Made by a program: the position numbers and the translations under genes
Part shown: positions 1 through 13,573 of the stretch, in pieces
Layout of the letters: every line of letters starts with the position of its first letter
Position numbering within the stretch: the first letter of the stretch is position 1
NCBI GenBank assembly: GCA_951406725.2
Contig: OX597823.1
Coordinates: 4,588,001-4,652,000 of the forward strand
Reading direction: 5' to 3'
DNA length: 64,000 bases
Source: Octopus vulgaris
Taxonomy: Eukaryota
Notes under the pieces: model-generated
What the model saw: only the letters and a program-made list of their open reading frames with translations
Databases searched by the model: none
Told to the model about the DNA's origin: nothing

Positions 1-21
1 CAACAACCAACAAATAATTAC

Positions 22-94
22 CTTCCACATCATAATCAACTTCCTCTGTCATCTTCATTAATTTTCGGTTATCAATTAAGAACTTTTGAGTATG
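22..94 (-). CDS. KIF2A: Kinesin-13 exon, C-terminal helix HTQKFLIDNRKLMKMTEEVDYDVE (73 nt, phase 0->1)
   Basis: tttcag acceptor at 95-96, gtaatt donor at 20-21; MTEEVDYDV matches the KIF2A tail. Confidence 0.92.
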
Positions 95-394
95 CTGAAA
101 GAAAAATTGAAAAATGTTCTTTTGTTAGGAATCATTTAGTTATCAGTATTTTTGTTAATGATGTAGGGAGAGGAGAAAGCAGTGTCAATAACACACACAC
201 ACACACACACATATATGTCTTTGGTGTCGTAATTGTGCACGGCTGAGGAAGGCTATTGACATACATGTTACATTAATTATGCATTGATATAAACTGTACA
301 ATAAAGCCAGAAACATATGTACTGCTAAATCCTTTGCATCCTCTTTTTCTTTCGATAAATATATATATATATATATAGTGAGAATTTACAAAAA

Positions 395-540
395 AAAAAA
401 GACAAAGACAGGTGTGTAAACAACAAACAAATGTATTAGTTTAATGCTCGGGAAATGAGAAAGTCTTTTATGTTTCGAGCCTATGCTCTTCAACAGAAAG
501 GAACACAGAAATAAACAGGGAGAGAAAATAGAAAAAGGTT
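395..540 (-). mobile_element. Penelope-like non-autonomous repeat fragment carrying a minimal hammerhead-like motif
   Basis: Minus strand 500->465 reads CTTT-CTGTTGA-A-GAGC-ATAG-GCTC-GAAA-CA-T-A-AAAG (stem I CTTT/AAAG, stem II GAGC/GCTC); flanked by (TA)n. Confidence 0.55.
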
Positions 541-1864
541 TATTTATATATTTATATATATATATATATATATATATAATAGTAATAATATACAGGTACT
601 TGGACAAAAAAGTCAAGTCCTCAACTATTGTATTTCATTTTGTCCTTTTGAATTCAAAGTTTATCAGTCTCAACTTGCCTCACTTTAATAATAATGAAAT
701 TATTGTATACAGTGCTCAGGTGCACCACAACCTGTCAAAAGTGCGTATAAACCCTTTCCTCAGGGTCAGTCAAAATAACAACCAGCAGTATTATACATTT
801 GCTTATTCAGTTGAATTTTACTCTTTCCTTTTTTGACAACTGATCATGAAAAAGTTAAGATTTTATTATAGAAATATTGTTCTGCTTTTAAATTTGGCCA
901 AAGCAAATTATACTTACATCCCATTAAAACATTTTATTGCATGGAGAAGAAGTTTGCTTTCCAGCCGTGTGGTTATCTTGGCCAAATGTAACATGACTCC
1001 AAATCAACGAAAGCCTTTTAGTGAATTTGGTAAACAGAAACTAAACAGAAGCTTGTCATGCGTTTCTATACATGTGTGAATGTTTTTGTCTCTTTGTCTT
1101 CACATCACACAATAGTTATATACATGGACGTAACTGAATCCCTTGTTTCCAGCCCAGCCAAGGTGAAATATCTTGCTTGGAAACAGGTGAATGTTGGTGA
1201 CGGGGAAGGAATCTGTAAAAAATCTGCCCTCAACAAATTTTCTCTGATTCATGTGAATATGGTAAAGTGGATGTTAAACAAAGGAGGTGTACACCTTTTA
1301 AAAACGAACAGATCAGTTCCAAACCTTGGACTCTGCATTTGCTCTTTGACATTCTGATTTTTTAAAAAACCCCAAATAAATAGCCGTCTGTTTTAGCAAA
1401 GCTGAACTATTGTTTTCTTAAATCAAAACAGAGTTTATTATTTATTCAGTTCATTCAAATATGCATTCATCATGGCTTTTATGCCTTTACAATGGACCAC
1501 TTACTCTGTTGGACATAAATTTCAACACTGCTAAAGTGATGTCAGTACAAAGGTAGGCAGATGCATACATAGATATGCAGGGTGGACTTTCATATAGAAG
1601 CCATCTGTCAAATTCAACTCATGGCATTGAACAGGTCTTGGTCAGTTTAGAAGATACTTGCTTGAGGTACCACAAAGTGGGATTGAACCTAAACTACTGG
1701 CTTCAAAGCAAACTCAATCACATTGATGCTTATGCTTTTTTATTGGTATATATAACTTCATTTATATTTCCGTGTGGCCCTGTTAAGAATACCCTGACGT
1801 GTCGGGTGATATGATATGCTTGAGAAGACCTGTTGAGTCAAGTAAAACCAATATCGTAGTTTTG

Positions 1865-2197
1865 ATGCCAGTTCCTCCTGACTGGCTCCTGTGCCAGTGG
1901 CACGTAAAAAGCACCATCCAAACGTGGTCAATGACAGGTCTGCCTGACTGGTTCCCGTGCCAGTGGCACATAAAAAAAGCACCATCAGAATGTGGTCGAT
2001 GCCAGGCCGCCTGAATGGCTCCTGTACCAGTGGCACATAAAAAGCAACCACTACACTCTCGGAGTGGTTGGCATTAGGAAGGGCATCCAGATGTAGAAAC
2101 ATTGCCAGGTCAGATTGGAGCCTGGTGCAGCTTCCTGGCTTGCCAGTCCTCAGTCAAACTGTCCAACCCATACCAGCATGGAAAACGGACGTTAAAC
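1865..2197 (+). mobile_element. SINE-like repeat (family with ~60-bp internal tandem units and ...CATGGAAAGCGGACGTTAAA(GAT)n tail)
   Basis: Closely similar copies at 16080-16423, 26200-26365, 48138-48520, 49326-49507, 55972-56288, 61936-62228 and others. Confidence 0.8.
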
Positions 2198-2333
2198 AAT
2201 ACATAAAAAACACAAATATATGAATAAACACATACATATATACACACACACACACACATTTATGTATATGGTAAATGCACATACAAGTTGTATTATTGCA
2301 GTGGAGTTCTGCTGCTCTTTCAACAATACTCAC

Positions 2334-2432
2334 ATCAAAAATATTTTTCTGTTCATCAAGAAGTTCCTCTTCCATATCTTGCATGTGGTTAATAACTTCA
2401 TGGAATGTCAACAATTCATCTGTCACCTCATC
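2334..2432 (-). CDS. KIF2A: Kinesin-13 exon DEVTDELLTFHEVINHMQDMEEELLDEQKNIFD (99 nt, phase 0->0)
   Basis: acag acceptor, gtgagt donor; LxTFHE...MEE matches the KIF2A C-terminal region. Confidence 0.93.
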
Positions 2433-3028
2433 CTGTCACAAATAATAATAATAATGATAGCCTGGATTTGAAGTAGGTCCTAGAGACATGCTTTAACAAA
2501 AACTAAGGGGTGCCTCACTCCCAGTGGTCATCCAGCATGCTGGACTCCAACCTGGAATTCTGAGGGCCTGTGCTATAGAAGCAATAGCTCCCAATAAGAA
2601 ATGACCTAGACTGTAATGACCAATGCAACCCATGACAGCATAGAAAGCAGACACAAAATGATGATGAAACCAGGGAAAAAAACCCAAGTCCTTCATCCTT
2701 TTTTTTCTTTATGTTTGTTCTTAACAATGTATGTTAAAAGCATAAGGTGTGTTAGCCAAAGTTGATTTACTCTTTTCAATCAACAAAATTTCAAGTAATT
2801 TTGAAAATAATGAAACCCGTCGATATTAAAATTGGTGTTTAGAATATCAATTATGAAAAAGGTTTTAATTTAGATCCCTTTATGACAGGAAGTTTGTATC
2901 ATAGAATCAGGGCTGCTCTCAGGCTTGTTGGTATCCAAAGAAATAATATTTGAAAAAAAAAAAAGATGTGTTTATGATATTTGAGAGAATTGACAAAATT
3001 CATATTCTATCTTAGCCATACAACTTAC

Positions 3029-3155
3029 ATTTGAGGTTTTTAATAAAGCTAAATCACTGTTCTGTGGAGACATCGTTCCAATATGAGTCGGGGTTTCAAC
3101 TATTTCCAACGTTTTCGTACCTTCAGAACCTCCTCCAGGACCAAGTTCTTTTACT
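3029..3155 (-). CDS. KIF2A: Kinesin-13 exon (R)VKELGPGGGSEGTKTLEIVETPTHIGTMSPQNSDLALLKTSN (127 nt, phase 2->0)
   Basis: cttag acceptor, gtaagt donor; completes YADRVKEL at the end of the motor domain. Confidence 0.93.
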
Positions 3156-3985
3156 CTAAGAAAGAGGGGGAAAAAAAAAGCCAGAATCAATAATAATAAT
3201 AATAATGACAATAATCAACTGAAAATGTAACATTTAAATTTAACCAATTTGAAAAATATCGAAAGATATCAATGATATCCCATGCCAATGGTACATACAA
3301 AAGCACCGGTGCTGGTGCCATATAAAGGGCACCTGTGACAGAACCACGCTAAAAAGCACTCCGTACAAAGTGGTTGGCATTAGGAAAGGCATCCAGCCAC
3401 AGAAAGCATGCCAAAATAGAGACAGCGTGTACACAGTTGCTTAACCTGCTAAAATTAGCTACCAAACCTTCCTAAAAAATCACACCCCAATGATTTAATA
3501 TGAGAAATACACTAGATAATGTAATTTCCCAGAAAAAAACCCCAAAAGTTTGATCATAGCATGGAATGACTGCTGTAACAGGACATTCTTGGCACTAAAC
3601 AAGATCTGTCTGAAGAGCCACACTACTTGCTGTTGCCATATTCTGAATATTCCTATAATCTCTCCTCCAGTCTGATCATTAGTGCACACTTTTGGTTTTT
3701 TTATGATGAAAATCCTGCAACTGGTGCCATGGAAGACTACTGCTTGTTTCATGGTTGAGTGGTCAGCAGCTAAACTGCCTCCCCATCCCTCACTTGGCTT
3801 GCTGGGTGAGGAAGGGATTATGAATGCTCTGCAGGACTAAAACCAAAGCCCTGTCAAAGGATCAGTGGAATTCAACTGACCCAACGGTCACCCACATGAG
3901 GAGTGGCATCTTGTAAAAACATCCTGCACACAGGTTGGCTGGTCCAAGACCATAGCCACGAAAACTCTAATGAAAGACATACTTA

Positions 3986-4218
3986 TTTCTTTATTGCCCA
4001 CAGGGGGCTAAACATAGAAGGGACAAACAAGGACAGACAACGGGATTAAGTCGATTACATTGCCCCCCCCCCCCCCATCCCAGTGCATAACTAGTACTTA
4101 TTTGATCGACCCTGAAAGGATGAAAGGCAAAGTTGACCTCAGCAGAATTTGAACTCAGAGCATAACGGCAGACAAAATACCGCTAAGCATTTTGCCCGGT
4201 GTGCTAACGCTTCTGCTC
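3986..4218 (-). mobile_element. tRNA-derived SINE with Tx1-like 3' tail
   Basis: Same family as 13030-13257; B box GAGTTCAAATT; tail ...CCCCCTGTGGGCAATAAAGAAAT. Confidence 0.75.
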
Positions 4219-4640
4219 TCAGATGGCATTGACATCCCATGAGTGATGTGGTACAGAGTGATGTGGTACAGAGTGATGAGGTGGTGAAAATAACTTGCTC
4301 TGATACCCACAGATAGTGACAATACAGTCCTTAGTTAATACGCAGTTGATCTGAGACAGGAGACCAGTGAGTTGAGTAGCAGAGGTCTGCTCCACCGAAG
4401 CAGACTTAAGTCTACATAATTCCAAAGCAAAAGCTAAATAAATGGAACCATTTCAATTGAAACAGAATTCTCATTGGTAGATTCTCAAGATAAAAATGTT
4501 AATTTGGCCAAGCATAGTGTGTGGGTCGACATTTGTGGTTTCAGGATCAGCCCCACTACATGACACCTTGGGCAAGTGTCTTCTATTGTATCTAACCAAA
4601 GCATTTTGAGTGGATTTGAAAGACAGAAACAAAAAAAAGC

Positions 4641-4763
<123 letters not shown>

Positions 4764-5015
4764 CTCTGTGCCTTCAAGTGATGGTTGTAAATGATTGTCA
4801 ATGTCATACAAGCAATGTTGTTCATTTCTTGTCTTCTATGTCTGGCCAAAGGGAAGTATTGCTTGGAAACGTGGATGTTAAAACCATGATTGTGTGTGTG
4901 TGTGTGTGTAATGTAAACATATGAAATTGATGTTACATTAAAAAATACACTGAAACCCACAAAACAATGAAAAACTAACAACATCCATGTAATATATACA
5001 CATATATATACATAC

Positions 5016-5083
5016 CTATCAGCATAGCGTAAAGTGTTTAATGTATGTTCACAGCAATTCATACCAGGTGAAATCATGGCAAT
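5016..5083 (-). CDS. KIF2A: Kinesin-13 exon IAMISPGMNCCEHTLNTLRYAD(R) (68 nt, phase 0->2)
   Basis: tttcag / gtatgt; kinesin beta8-alpha6 signature. Confidence 0.97.
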
Positions 5084-5437
5084 CTGAAACAAATTTACAA
5101 ACAAATCTTGATTGCAAGGTACAAAGGATTAGAGATGAAATCAGATATACTGTATTGGCTCAAATTGTATTTGCATAGAAGTCAGACTCCCAGAGTTTGT
5201 ATGGCAGCAAAGCTGGTACAAGATTTGATAACCTCATGAACAAACCACATCTCTTAGATTTCGAAACAAAGTTTCAAAGTTATGCAGAGAAAGTGCGACA
5301 AATACACAGGTAAATATATAGTGTGTGTGTGAATGAGTAATTAAAGTGGTGAAAAACTACCATTATGTTATGGTGATTGGTTAAAGAGATGATCAAAACT
5401 GCTGAACAAGACAATCAGTTGTATCACAATCCAATAA

Positions 5438-5949
5438 CTTTACTTGTACTTGTGACGGCGTTCACCCAGGGTGGGTTGAGCCAGCTTCTTCTCTGGTCCT
5501 GATGGCATCACAAACCATGGCGGCCCACGCTCGACGGGCCTGTGCGAGGTCACTTGAGATAGCAAGCCATTTGCAGTTCCATCTGCGCAGACCAACCACC
5601 TGCGGACCTGATAGTTTGGGGAGGTCCTCCTTTATCGTCATTGCCCAGATCTTCAGCTGCCCACCCATGCGTTTGCGCCAGCTGGGAAGTGGAAGGAGGA
5701 CATCGCGAATCAGCTCACCCTCTGGACGCCGGGCTGCATGATCGAACCACCTTAAGCGCTGTTGTAGAAGCACCGAAGGGAGGGGCCGGAGATTCAGGCG
5801 ATGACGAAGACCAGCTGTAGGAACCCGATCAATGCGTCGGCGAAGTCATTGTGGCACACCTCCATCCCTCGCTGATCCGACTGCCCTCATAGGCCGTGTT
5901 TCACAACCATAGAGGAGGATAGTACGAACAACGGCCTGGTAGATTTTAG
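5438..5949 (-). mobile_element. 5'-truncated, internally deleted RTE-clade LINE fragment with 9-bp target-site duplication
   Basis: Translates IYQAVVRTILLYGCET and QQRLRWFDHAARRPEG...W...IKEDL; (CAAGTA)n-type tail; ATCCAATAA repeated at 5429-5437 and 5950-5958. Confidence 0.85.
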
Positions 5950-6296
5950 ATCCAATAAGATGGCACATACAATTCTTAACCGGACTGGTTATATTTCAAC
6001 TTACTCAGATCTGTTGTTGGCAAGGATGTCCAACCTTACTAACCTTACTCATCCATCAGTAATACAGAAGAGGATGGAATTATTTACAGCAGTCGTCAAA
6101 TGCCGAGACGAACACTAATGTTGTGGCATAAACTGGACAATAGAATAGAAAGAGGGAGAGTAAATACTGTACAATTCTTGGCAGAGCGATTCGTATAAAT
6201 CTTTAGTTCAACTGCACTGAATACCCCCGTGACAGTATTAGATAATGTAAAATGTAGCGGAAGAGAAACACAGTACGTTATCTTGTGGCTGTGTCA

Positions 6297-6473
<177 letters not shown>

Positions 6474-8174
6474 TCAATACATGCCTACGCACACGCACAC
6501 ATACACATACAATTTATACACACATACATCAGAATGTATGACACAGTTTTCACAGATAATAAAACCAAACACTAAAACAGACCTTACTTTGAAATTGTTA
6601 ATTTGAAGTACTGATTATACAGAAATTTTAATTACAATTATTATAATTATTTATTTGCGTTTATATAGTTTCCTGTTCTAACAGGAATTTTCAAACCTTC
6701 ATAAATTGTTTTGCCCCTTCGTAACTCCTTGTCTTGCAAGTTACTTGGTTACTCTGCCAGTGCCGGTGCCACATAAAAAGCACCCACTCCACACTGCAAT
6801 GTGGTTGGCATTTGGAAGGGCATCCAGCTGTAGAAATCATGCCAAAAGTAACCTCACCTGTGCTAGAGCCACACAAGAAGCACTGAGTCCACTCTGCAGA
6901 GTGGTTGGTGTCAGCAAGGGCATCCAGCCGTAGAATCCTTGCTAACACAGGCACAGTAGCCTAGAGTAGTTTTTCTATCTGATCAGTTCCTGTCAACCGT
7001 CCTACCCATGCTTGCACGGAAGATGGACATTAAACGATGATGATCCCAAACATTAACGTACTAAGTCATCATCATTGTTTAATGTCCGTTTTCCATGCTG
7101 GTATAGGTTGGACAGTCTGATTGAGGATTGGCAAGGTTTCTACAACTGGATGCCCTTCCTAACGCCAACCACTCCGAGTGGATGTTTTTTATGTGCCACC
7201 CACACGGGAGCCAGTCAGGTGGCACTGGCACCAGCCACATCTGGATGGTGCTTTTTATGAGCTACCAGCACCAGAACCAGACAATGGGGCTGGCATTGAC
7301 CATGTTCAGATGGTACTTGTTATGTGCCACTCGCACGGGGAGCCAATCAGGCGGCACTGGTTTCAAATTTTGGCACAAGGCCAGCAATTTCAGGGGAGGG
7401 GATAAATCGATTGCAATGACCCCGGTACTCAACTGGTACTTATTCTATCGACTCTGAAAAGATGAGAGGCAAAGTTGACCTCGGCAGAATTTGAACTCAG
7501 AACGTAAAGACAAATGAAATGCCACCAAGCATTTTGCCAAGCGTGCAAATGATTCTGCCAGTTTGCCTAAATACTGAAGTGTTTTAAGTAGAGGGTACAC
7601 TCTAATCCTGTCGTAGATAATCTCATAAATGTCAGTGGCTCAATAAAATTGCACCTGGCCCATGATGCAAGTGGTTGGTGATAGGCTGAATGTCTACCCT
7701 GATGTAAAAACTACAGCATACGTAAGGACACACATGACTGGTTTTCTCTCTTGCAGTGTCTGCTAGATGACAAAAGGTCTTGGTGGGATGCTGTCTCCTC
7801 CAACCCATGGAAAAACAAAGGATAAAGATGATAATGCTACATGTTTGTCTGTCTATACCTGTACAGGTGCAGCTCTGTACATCAGAAGTTAGCATTGCCA
7901 GTCAATAAACAAATCAATGAAACAAGTACTAGATTGAAGTAAATACTGAGATTGATAGGATTAAAGGAGGGGGTCTCGACAATGCCACACTCTAGGGGGG
8001 AGAAACCAATAAGGGAAAATATCAACTTACTAAACATAAATCCATTGTTATTATTAGTAAATACGTTAATACACAGCAACAACAACAACAAGCATTGTAG
8101 AAAAAGAATGTAAAGTTACCTTCAATGCTAACAACTTAGGATGATATGTCTAAAACCCTTAAAGGGTTACCCTA

Positions 8175-8399
<225 letters not shown>

Positions 8400-9520
8400 T
8401 TAAAACACAAGTATTAATTACAGTGTCTCAACATTCAGCTGTTCAGACAGTTTCTAAGAAAATATGAAATTCGATGCAGCTCAGAATCCCTTGTATGATG
8501 GGGACAATCATTTATAATGGTTAAGAGAGATGGGAGGATAAGGGGACACAAATACACACACACACGTGACAGTCTTCTTTCAGTTTCCATCTACCAAATC
8601 CACTTGCAAGCTTTTGAGAAGACACTTGCCCAAGGTGCCATGGAGTGGGACTGAACCCAAAACCATGAGGTTGAAAAACCATCCAGCCATGTCTGTGTCT
8701 AGTATACAAACTAAATATCTATATTTTCTGACACAACACCATTTATAAAATTAAGGTCCCAAAACAGCTGAAGTGAGTCACCAGGTCCCATTCGTCCCAA
8801 TTCTTGATTCAATGCTGGGACTATTTCACTTCAATCCTTTAACATTGAAACTGGCCCAAATATTCTTACTCTTAAATTCAAGCCAGATCCAGCCTATCAC
8901 ACCTATCCTACAATGTCATTGTAAAAGTTAATAATCACATCTTCAAAATCTCAAAACTATGAGATAATGCATGATCAATTCAAAAAATTTGAATAAACTG
9001 AATGCTAAAAGGTTAAAACATTTTACACAAACCAACAATGGGGCCTTTGCATGGCCACTCAACCTGTTAAAAATATCAAATCACCATCAAAGCACACATT
9101 ACTGCTTTAAAGAACGCATTAAATAACATAGTCCTAGGTACATTGTGTACAAAGGAAAGACAGGCTGACTTTTGATCATAGGTGTGTTTGATCTGAACTG
9201 ACCGGGGATTAAATAACTTCCTTTTCTTTTTATCATCAAAAGTTTTATTTCTAAAACCTATCAGCCCCAGACACTAGAACTTTGGTTAACAATCAAGAGA
9301 AATCATAGTTATAAGACATCAAGCTGAGTGTTTACAGCTGTTCCAGTGACACAAAAGGTTACGGAACATTCTAAAATAACTAAGATAACATTCACACACA
9401 CACACACACACAAACCAAAATGGAAAATTAATTTGGATATGTAGACGACTGAGAACAAGATGTTAATTTTGTATCTTCCAAATTCCTAAAGAGATCAGGT
9501 TTAAAAAAACTGTCACATAC

Positions 9521-9564
9521 CTGCTAAATCAATTAATGAAAATTTCCCATAAACTTCTTTAGAT
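9521..9564 (-). CDS. KIF2A: Kinesin-13 exon SKEVYGKFSLIDLA(G) (44 nt, phase 2->1)
   Basis: ctccag / gtatgt; GKFSLIDLAG. Confidence 0.96.
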
Positions 9565-10798
9565 CTGGAGAAAATAAAAACAAAATAAAGATATATTTGG
9601 TGCATTTGGCATTTGTAAATGGAGGAGAAACACAAATGGAACAGAAATAATGAAAGAGCCAAAACACAAAATAAGTGAATTTCTAATGAAATATAATTAT
9701 TTCGTACAGAGAAAAACAACCTGTTTTAAATCCCTTAGCGAGAGATCTACAGTAACAAAGTTTTCTTGCCAACAGAATGGGGCAATCATATAGTAACAGC
9801 AACATCATCCTTTACAGGTCCACCACATTCTGTTGGCAAATAAACTTTATCACAATTATTTCAATTCATTTCAAAAACAATCATAAACTTGGACAGATTT
9901 CTTAAAAGAACAAACGTTATTAATTTTAAGTTGGTGTTTAGAACATAGAAGTTTCTTTCACAAAATTATGACTGATGGCTTTAATTGAAATTGTAACATT
10001 CAATTAAATAAGCAAAATTTACAACAAAAAAAGAAAAGTAGTCACAGAAGAGTTGATATTAAAATAAGTGAGTCCAATTAGTATCTCATTTTAACGTCCA
10101 CATTCTATGTTTGCCTGGGTCATTCAGACCTCTACAGCTGAATGTAGTTCCTGTTTCCAAGCAAGATAATATTCCTCATGACCAGACATGTATTCATGGA
10201 AAATAGGAAACAATGACACTGCTAGGGGTCAAGGCATACACTCAGGGACAAGAGGATGAGCAGAACATTGATGTTGATAAACTCTACAAACATGTTGAAT
10301 GTAAAATATATGTTTGAATTGTCACAAATCAAAGAACGGTAGAGAACTTGAAAAGCTTTCGTTGCAGATATTCTTAATGCATCAACCACAGCCATCGTCA
10401 CCATTCAAACATCTATTTTCCATACTTGCATGTTGTGCAAGAGTTTTCTGCTACTGGATGCCTTCCCTGTCACCAACCATCACCTGTTTCCAAACAAGAT
10501 AATATTTCCTCATGGCTGGATAAGATTGGAAACAAAAGACTCTGCTAGTGTGGTGGTTAGACTTGTTTACAACTATCACACAATGCAAAGGTGCCATGCA
10601 GTGGGACTGAACCCAAACCACAGGGTTGGGAGGTAAACTTCTTAACCCCACAGCCATGTCGGCACCCATTTCTATGGCTTTAATAATCACAGAAACATTT
10701 TATTTGGTAATATAAAAATGTAAAATAAAATAATTTGATTTCTTTAGAGTAAAATATTAGCAGGTAACGGCACTTGAATTTGTAAAAGATTGAGTTTA

Positions 10799-10924
<126 letters not shown>

Positions 10925-11251
10925 TCACTTGCATATATTAATATACAATAATGAGTGCATTATGTGGGTTGGATAGGTATGCAAAGGTGAATATTTGGAC
11001 AAATCTTTGGGGGAAATATTTTGTAGCAAGCCAGTAAGCAACTCTCAATATAATAGCATGATACTGGTGGTTACTCTTATTTCTTGAGATGGGCCCTGCC
11101 CAAAACATGACAATATGATCTTAATACAACACAAAGTTATTTTATGAATGAAAGTCAACTAAAGTTACCATATTTGTTACTATGTTTTTGTTGAAAAACT
11201 TTGAATTTATTTTGAAAGTAATGAAGAATTTAATAAGGTATGAATGCTTTA

Positions 11252-11470
11252 TTAACCCTTTTAACATTCAGATTATTGTCAAATGTAATGCTTATTTATT
11301 CACATTGTTTTGGATTAAGCTGATTAATCTCATAGCTTCAAAGTTTCAATGATAAGATTTCTATTTAGAATGGCATTGTAAGGTAGGTGTAAGAGGCCAG
11401 ATCTGGCAGGTTTCAACACAAAACAGAATATTCTGGCTGGATATGGTCAGTTTAAATGCTAAAAGGTTAA
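11252..11470. mobile_element. TTAA-flanked MITE (piggyBac-like CCCTTT termini)
   Basis: ttaaCCCTTTTAACATT ... AATGCTAAAAGGttaa; related copies near 8830-9016, 27066, 46094-46313, 50647-50874, 59915-60140. Confidence 0.65.
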
Positions 11471-13029
11471 GATGGTATTTAGAACATAAACCAACATGAA
11501 ATTTTAATGGAAGATTTTAATTTAGATCACTTGAAAACAAGAAGCCAGTGAGTGAGAAACCATGAAACAGAATATATCTCTTACTTGGTCATGGTTACAG
11601 CAACAACATTTGTAACAAAAAGTAGCAAAAAGACACTTTCAAAGATTGGAGACTGTCGTATAATTTTGAAGAATCGGTTTTGCGTCCATCATTAATATTT
11701 TAGCTCTCACTCTTTTCCATATTCCGATTTAGTTAAACGATTCCACCCCAGAACTTATCTCAAGTCTGGAATGTCTCCTGTTGACTTTTTTTGAACTACT
11801 AAGTTATGGGGATGTAAACAGAACAACTGTTGTCAAGGGCTCAGGTGGAGGAGGAGGACAGAGAGAAATGCATACACACATGTGTATGTGTGTGTGGACT
11901 GGACAGAATCCCTTGAAGCAGATTCTTCTGCAGCTGGATGCCCTTCCTGTCACCAACCCCCAACTGCTTCCAACTAATGTAATATTTTCCCATGGCTGGA
12001 TATGCTTTAAATGGGAAACTAACAAAGCATCTGTTTGACAGCGACACTTGTTTGCAACTAACATGATGTCAAGACACACACATCTTTCGGTTTCCACCTT
12101 ATCTAATCCATTCAGATGGTTTGGGTTAATCTGGGGCTTAAGGCACCTATCCCTGGTGCCACACACTGGGACTAAACTCAAAACCAATACAAGGTTGGGA
12201 AGCAAACTTCTTACCCCCCACACACCTATGTCTGTGCCGATTACAAAAGGTGAAAGTTTTAAAAACTGGCTTCAGTCACTGATCTGTGGCCATGCTACAG
12301 CACGGTCTTTAAGGGATTTTACTTTAGTCCAACAATCTTCAGTACCTCATTTGATATTTTATGGACCTTAGAAAGAGGAAGAAAAGAAAACATAAGGACA
12401 ATTCTACAAGGCATTACTGCTTGATGTTACACATTCTATCACTCTTTGACTGATGGGTCCATCCACACTTGCCAAAAATGTGGTTTCAGGTTCAATCCCA
12501 CTACATGGTACCTTCGGCAAGTGTCTTCCACTATAGCCCTGGGTTGACCAAAGCCTTGTGTATGTGTGTGTGTAGTAGTAGTAGTATCAGTAGTAGTAGC
12601 AGCAGCAGTAGAGTGTGTGTGTGAGTATTTAAATTTGTGATCATTTGTACAAAGATTGTGAGAGGCAGGGTAATTATTGCCGTTTCCCCTGTCAACAAAC
12701 CATCTGCTTGCAACAAGTCTTCAAAGTAACACAGAATAAGCTGGACCTTCCTTGAAAAGCAGGCAGGGCATCGAACTGTGAACCACTGCCATTTGCCCAA
12801 CCCACACTAGCATAAAAAAAAACAAAAGGAAAAAAAATGATAAACATTTAAAGGGCTTCTGCACAGTTTCCGCCAAACAAATTTCACTCTCAAGTATTTG
12901 GCTAACTCAAGGTTAGAGTAGAAAACACTTGGCCATGGTGCCACTCAGTGAGGAGGTCACAGTTGGAGATATATAATTATAAAGAGAATTTAAGCAGAAA
13001 GCAACAGCTGGAATGGCTTATTACCAATA

Positions 13030-13257
13030 CCTATTTCTTTATTACCCACAAGGGGCTAAACATAGAGGGGACAAACAAGGACAGACACAGGTATTAAGTC
13101 GATTAGATCGACCCCAGTGCGTAACTGGTACTTAATTTATCGACCCCGAAAGGATGAAAGTCAAAGTTGACCTCGGCGGAATTTGAACTCACAATGTAAC
13201 GGCAGACGAAATACCGTTGAGCATTTCGCCCGGCATGCTAACGGTTCTGCCAGCTCA
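13030..13257 (-). mobile_element. tRNA-derived SINE, apparently young, with 13-bp TSD and Tx1-like tail
   Basis: CTTATTACCAATA at 13017-13029 and 13258-13270; A-box-like TGGCAGAACCG and B box GAGTTCAAATT on the minus strand. Confidence 0.85.
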
Positions 13258-13402
13258 CTTATTACCAATAGCACTGCTCATCTGGAACACAAGACACATA
13301 AGTACAGTTCTTACACGAAGAGAATCTAAGCAGACAGCCACAGTTTATTATGAACACTGCTTCTCATTGGGAGCAGAATGCTTTCAGAATCAGTTGATCT
13401 TA

Positions 13403-13573
<171 letters not shown>

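Noticed and set aside
6226-6290. SRCR-like peptide VLDNVKCSGRE on the + strand
   Set aside because: The other SRCR cysteines and tryptophans are absent and stops lie nearby; likely chance.
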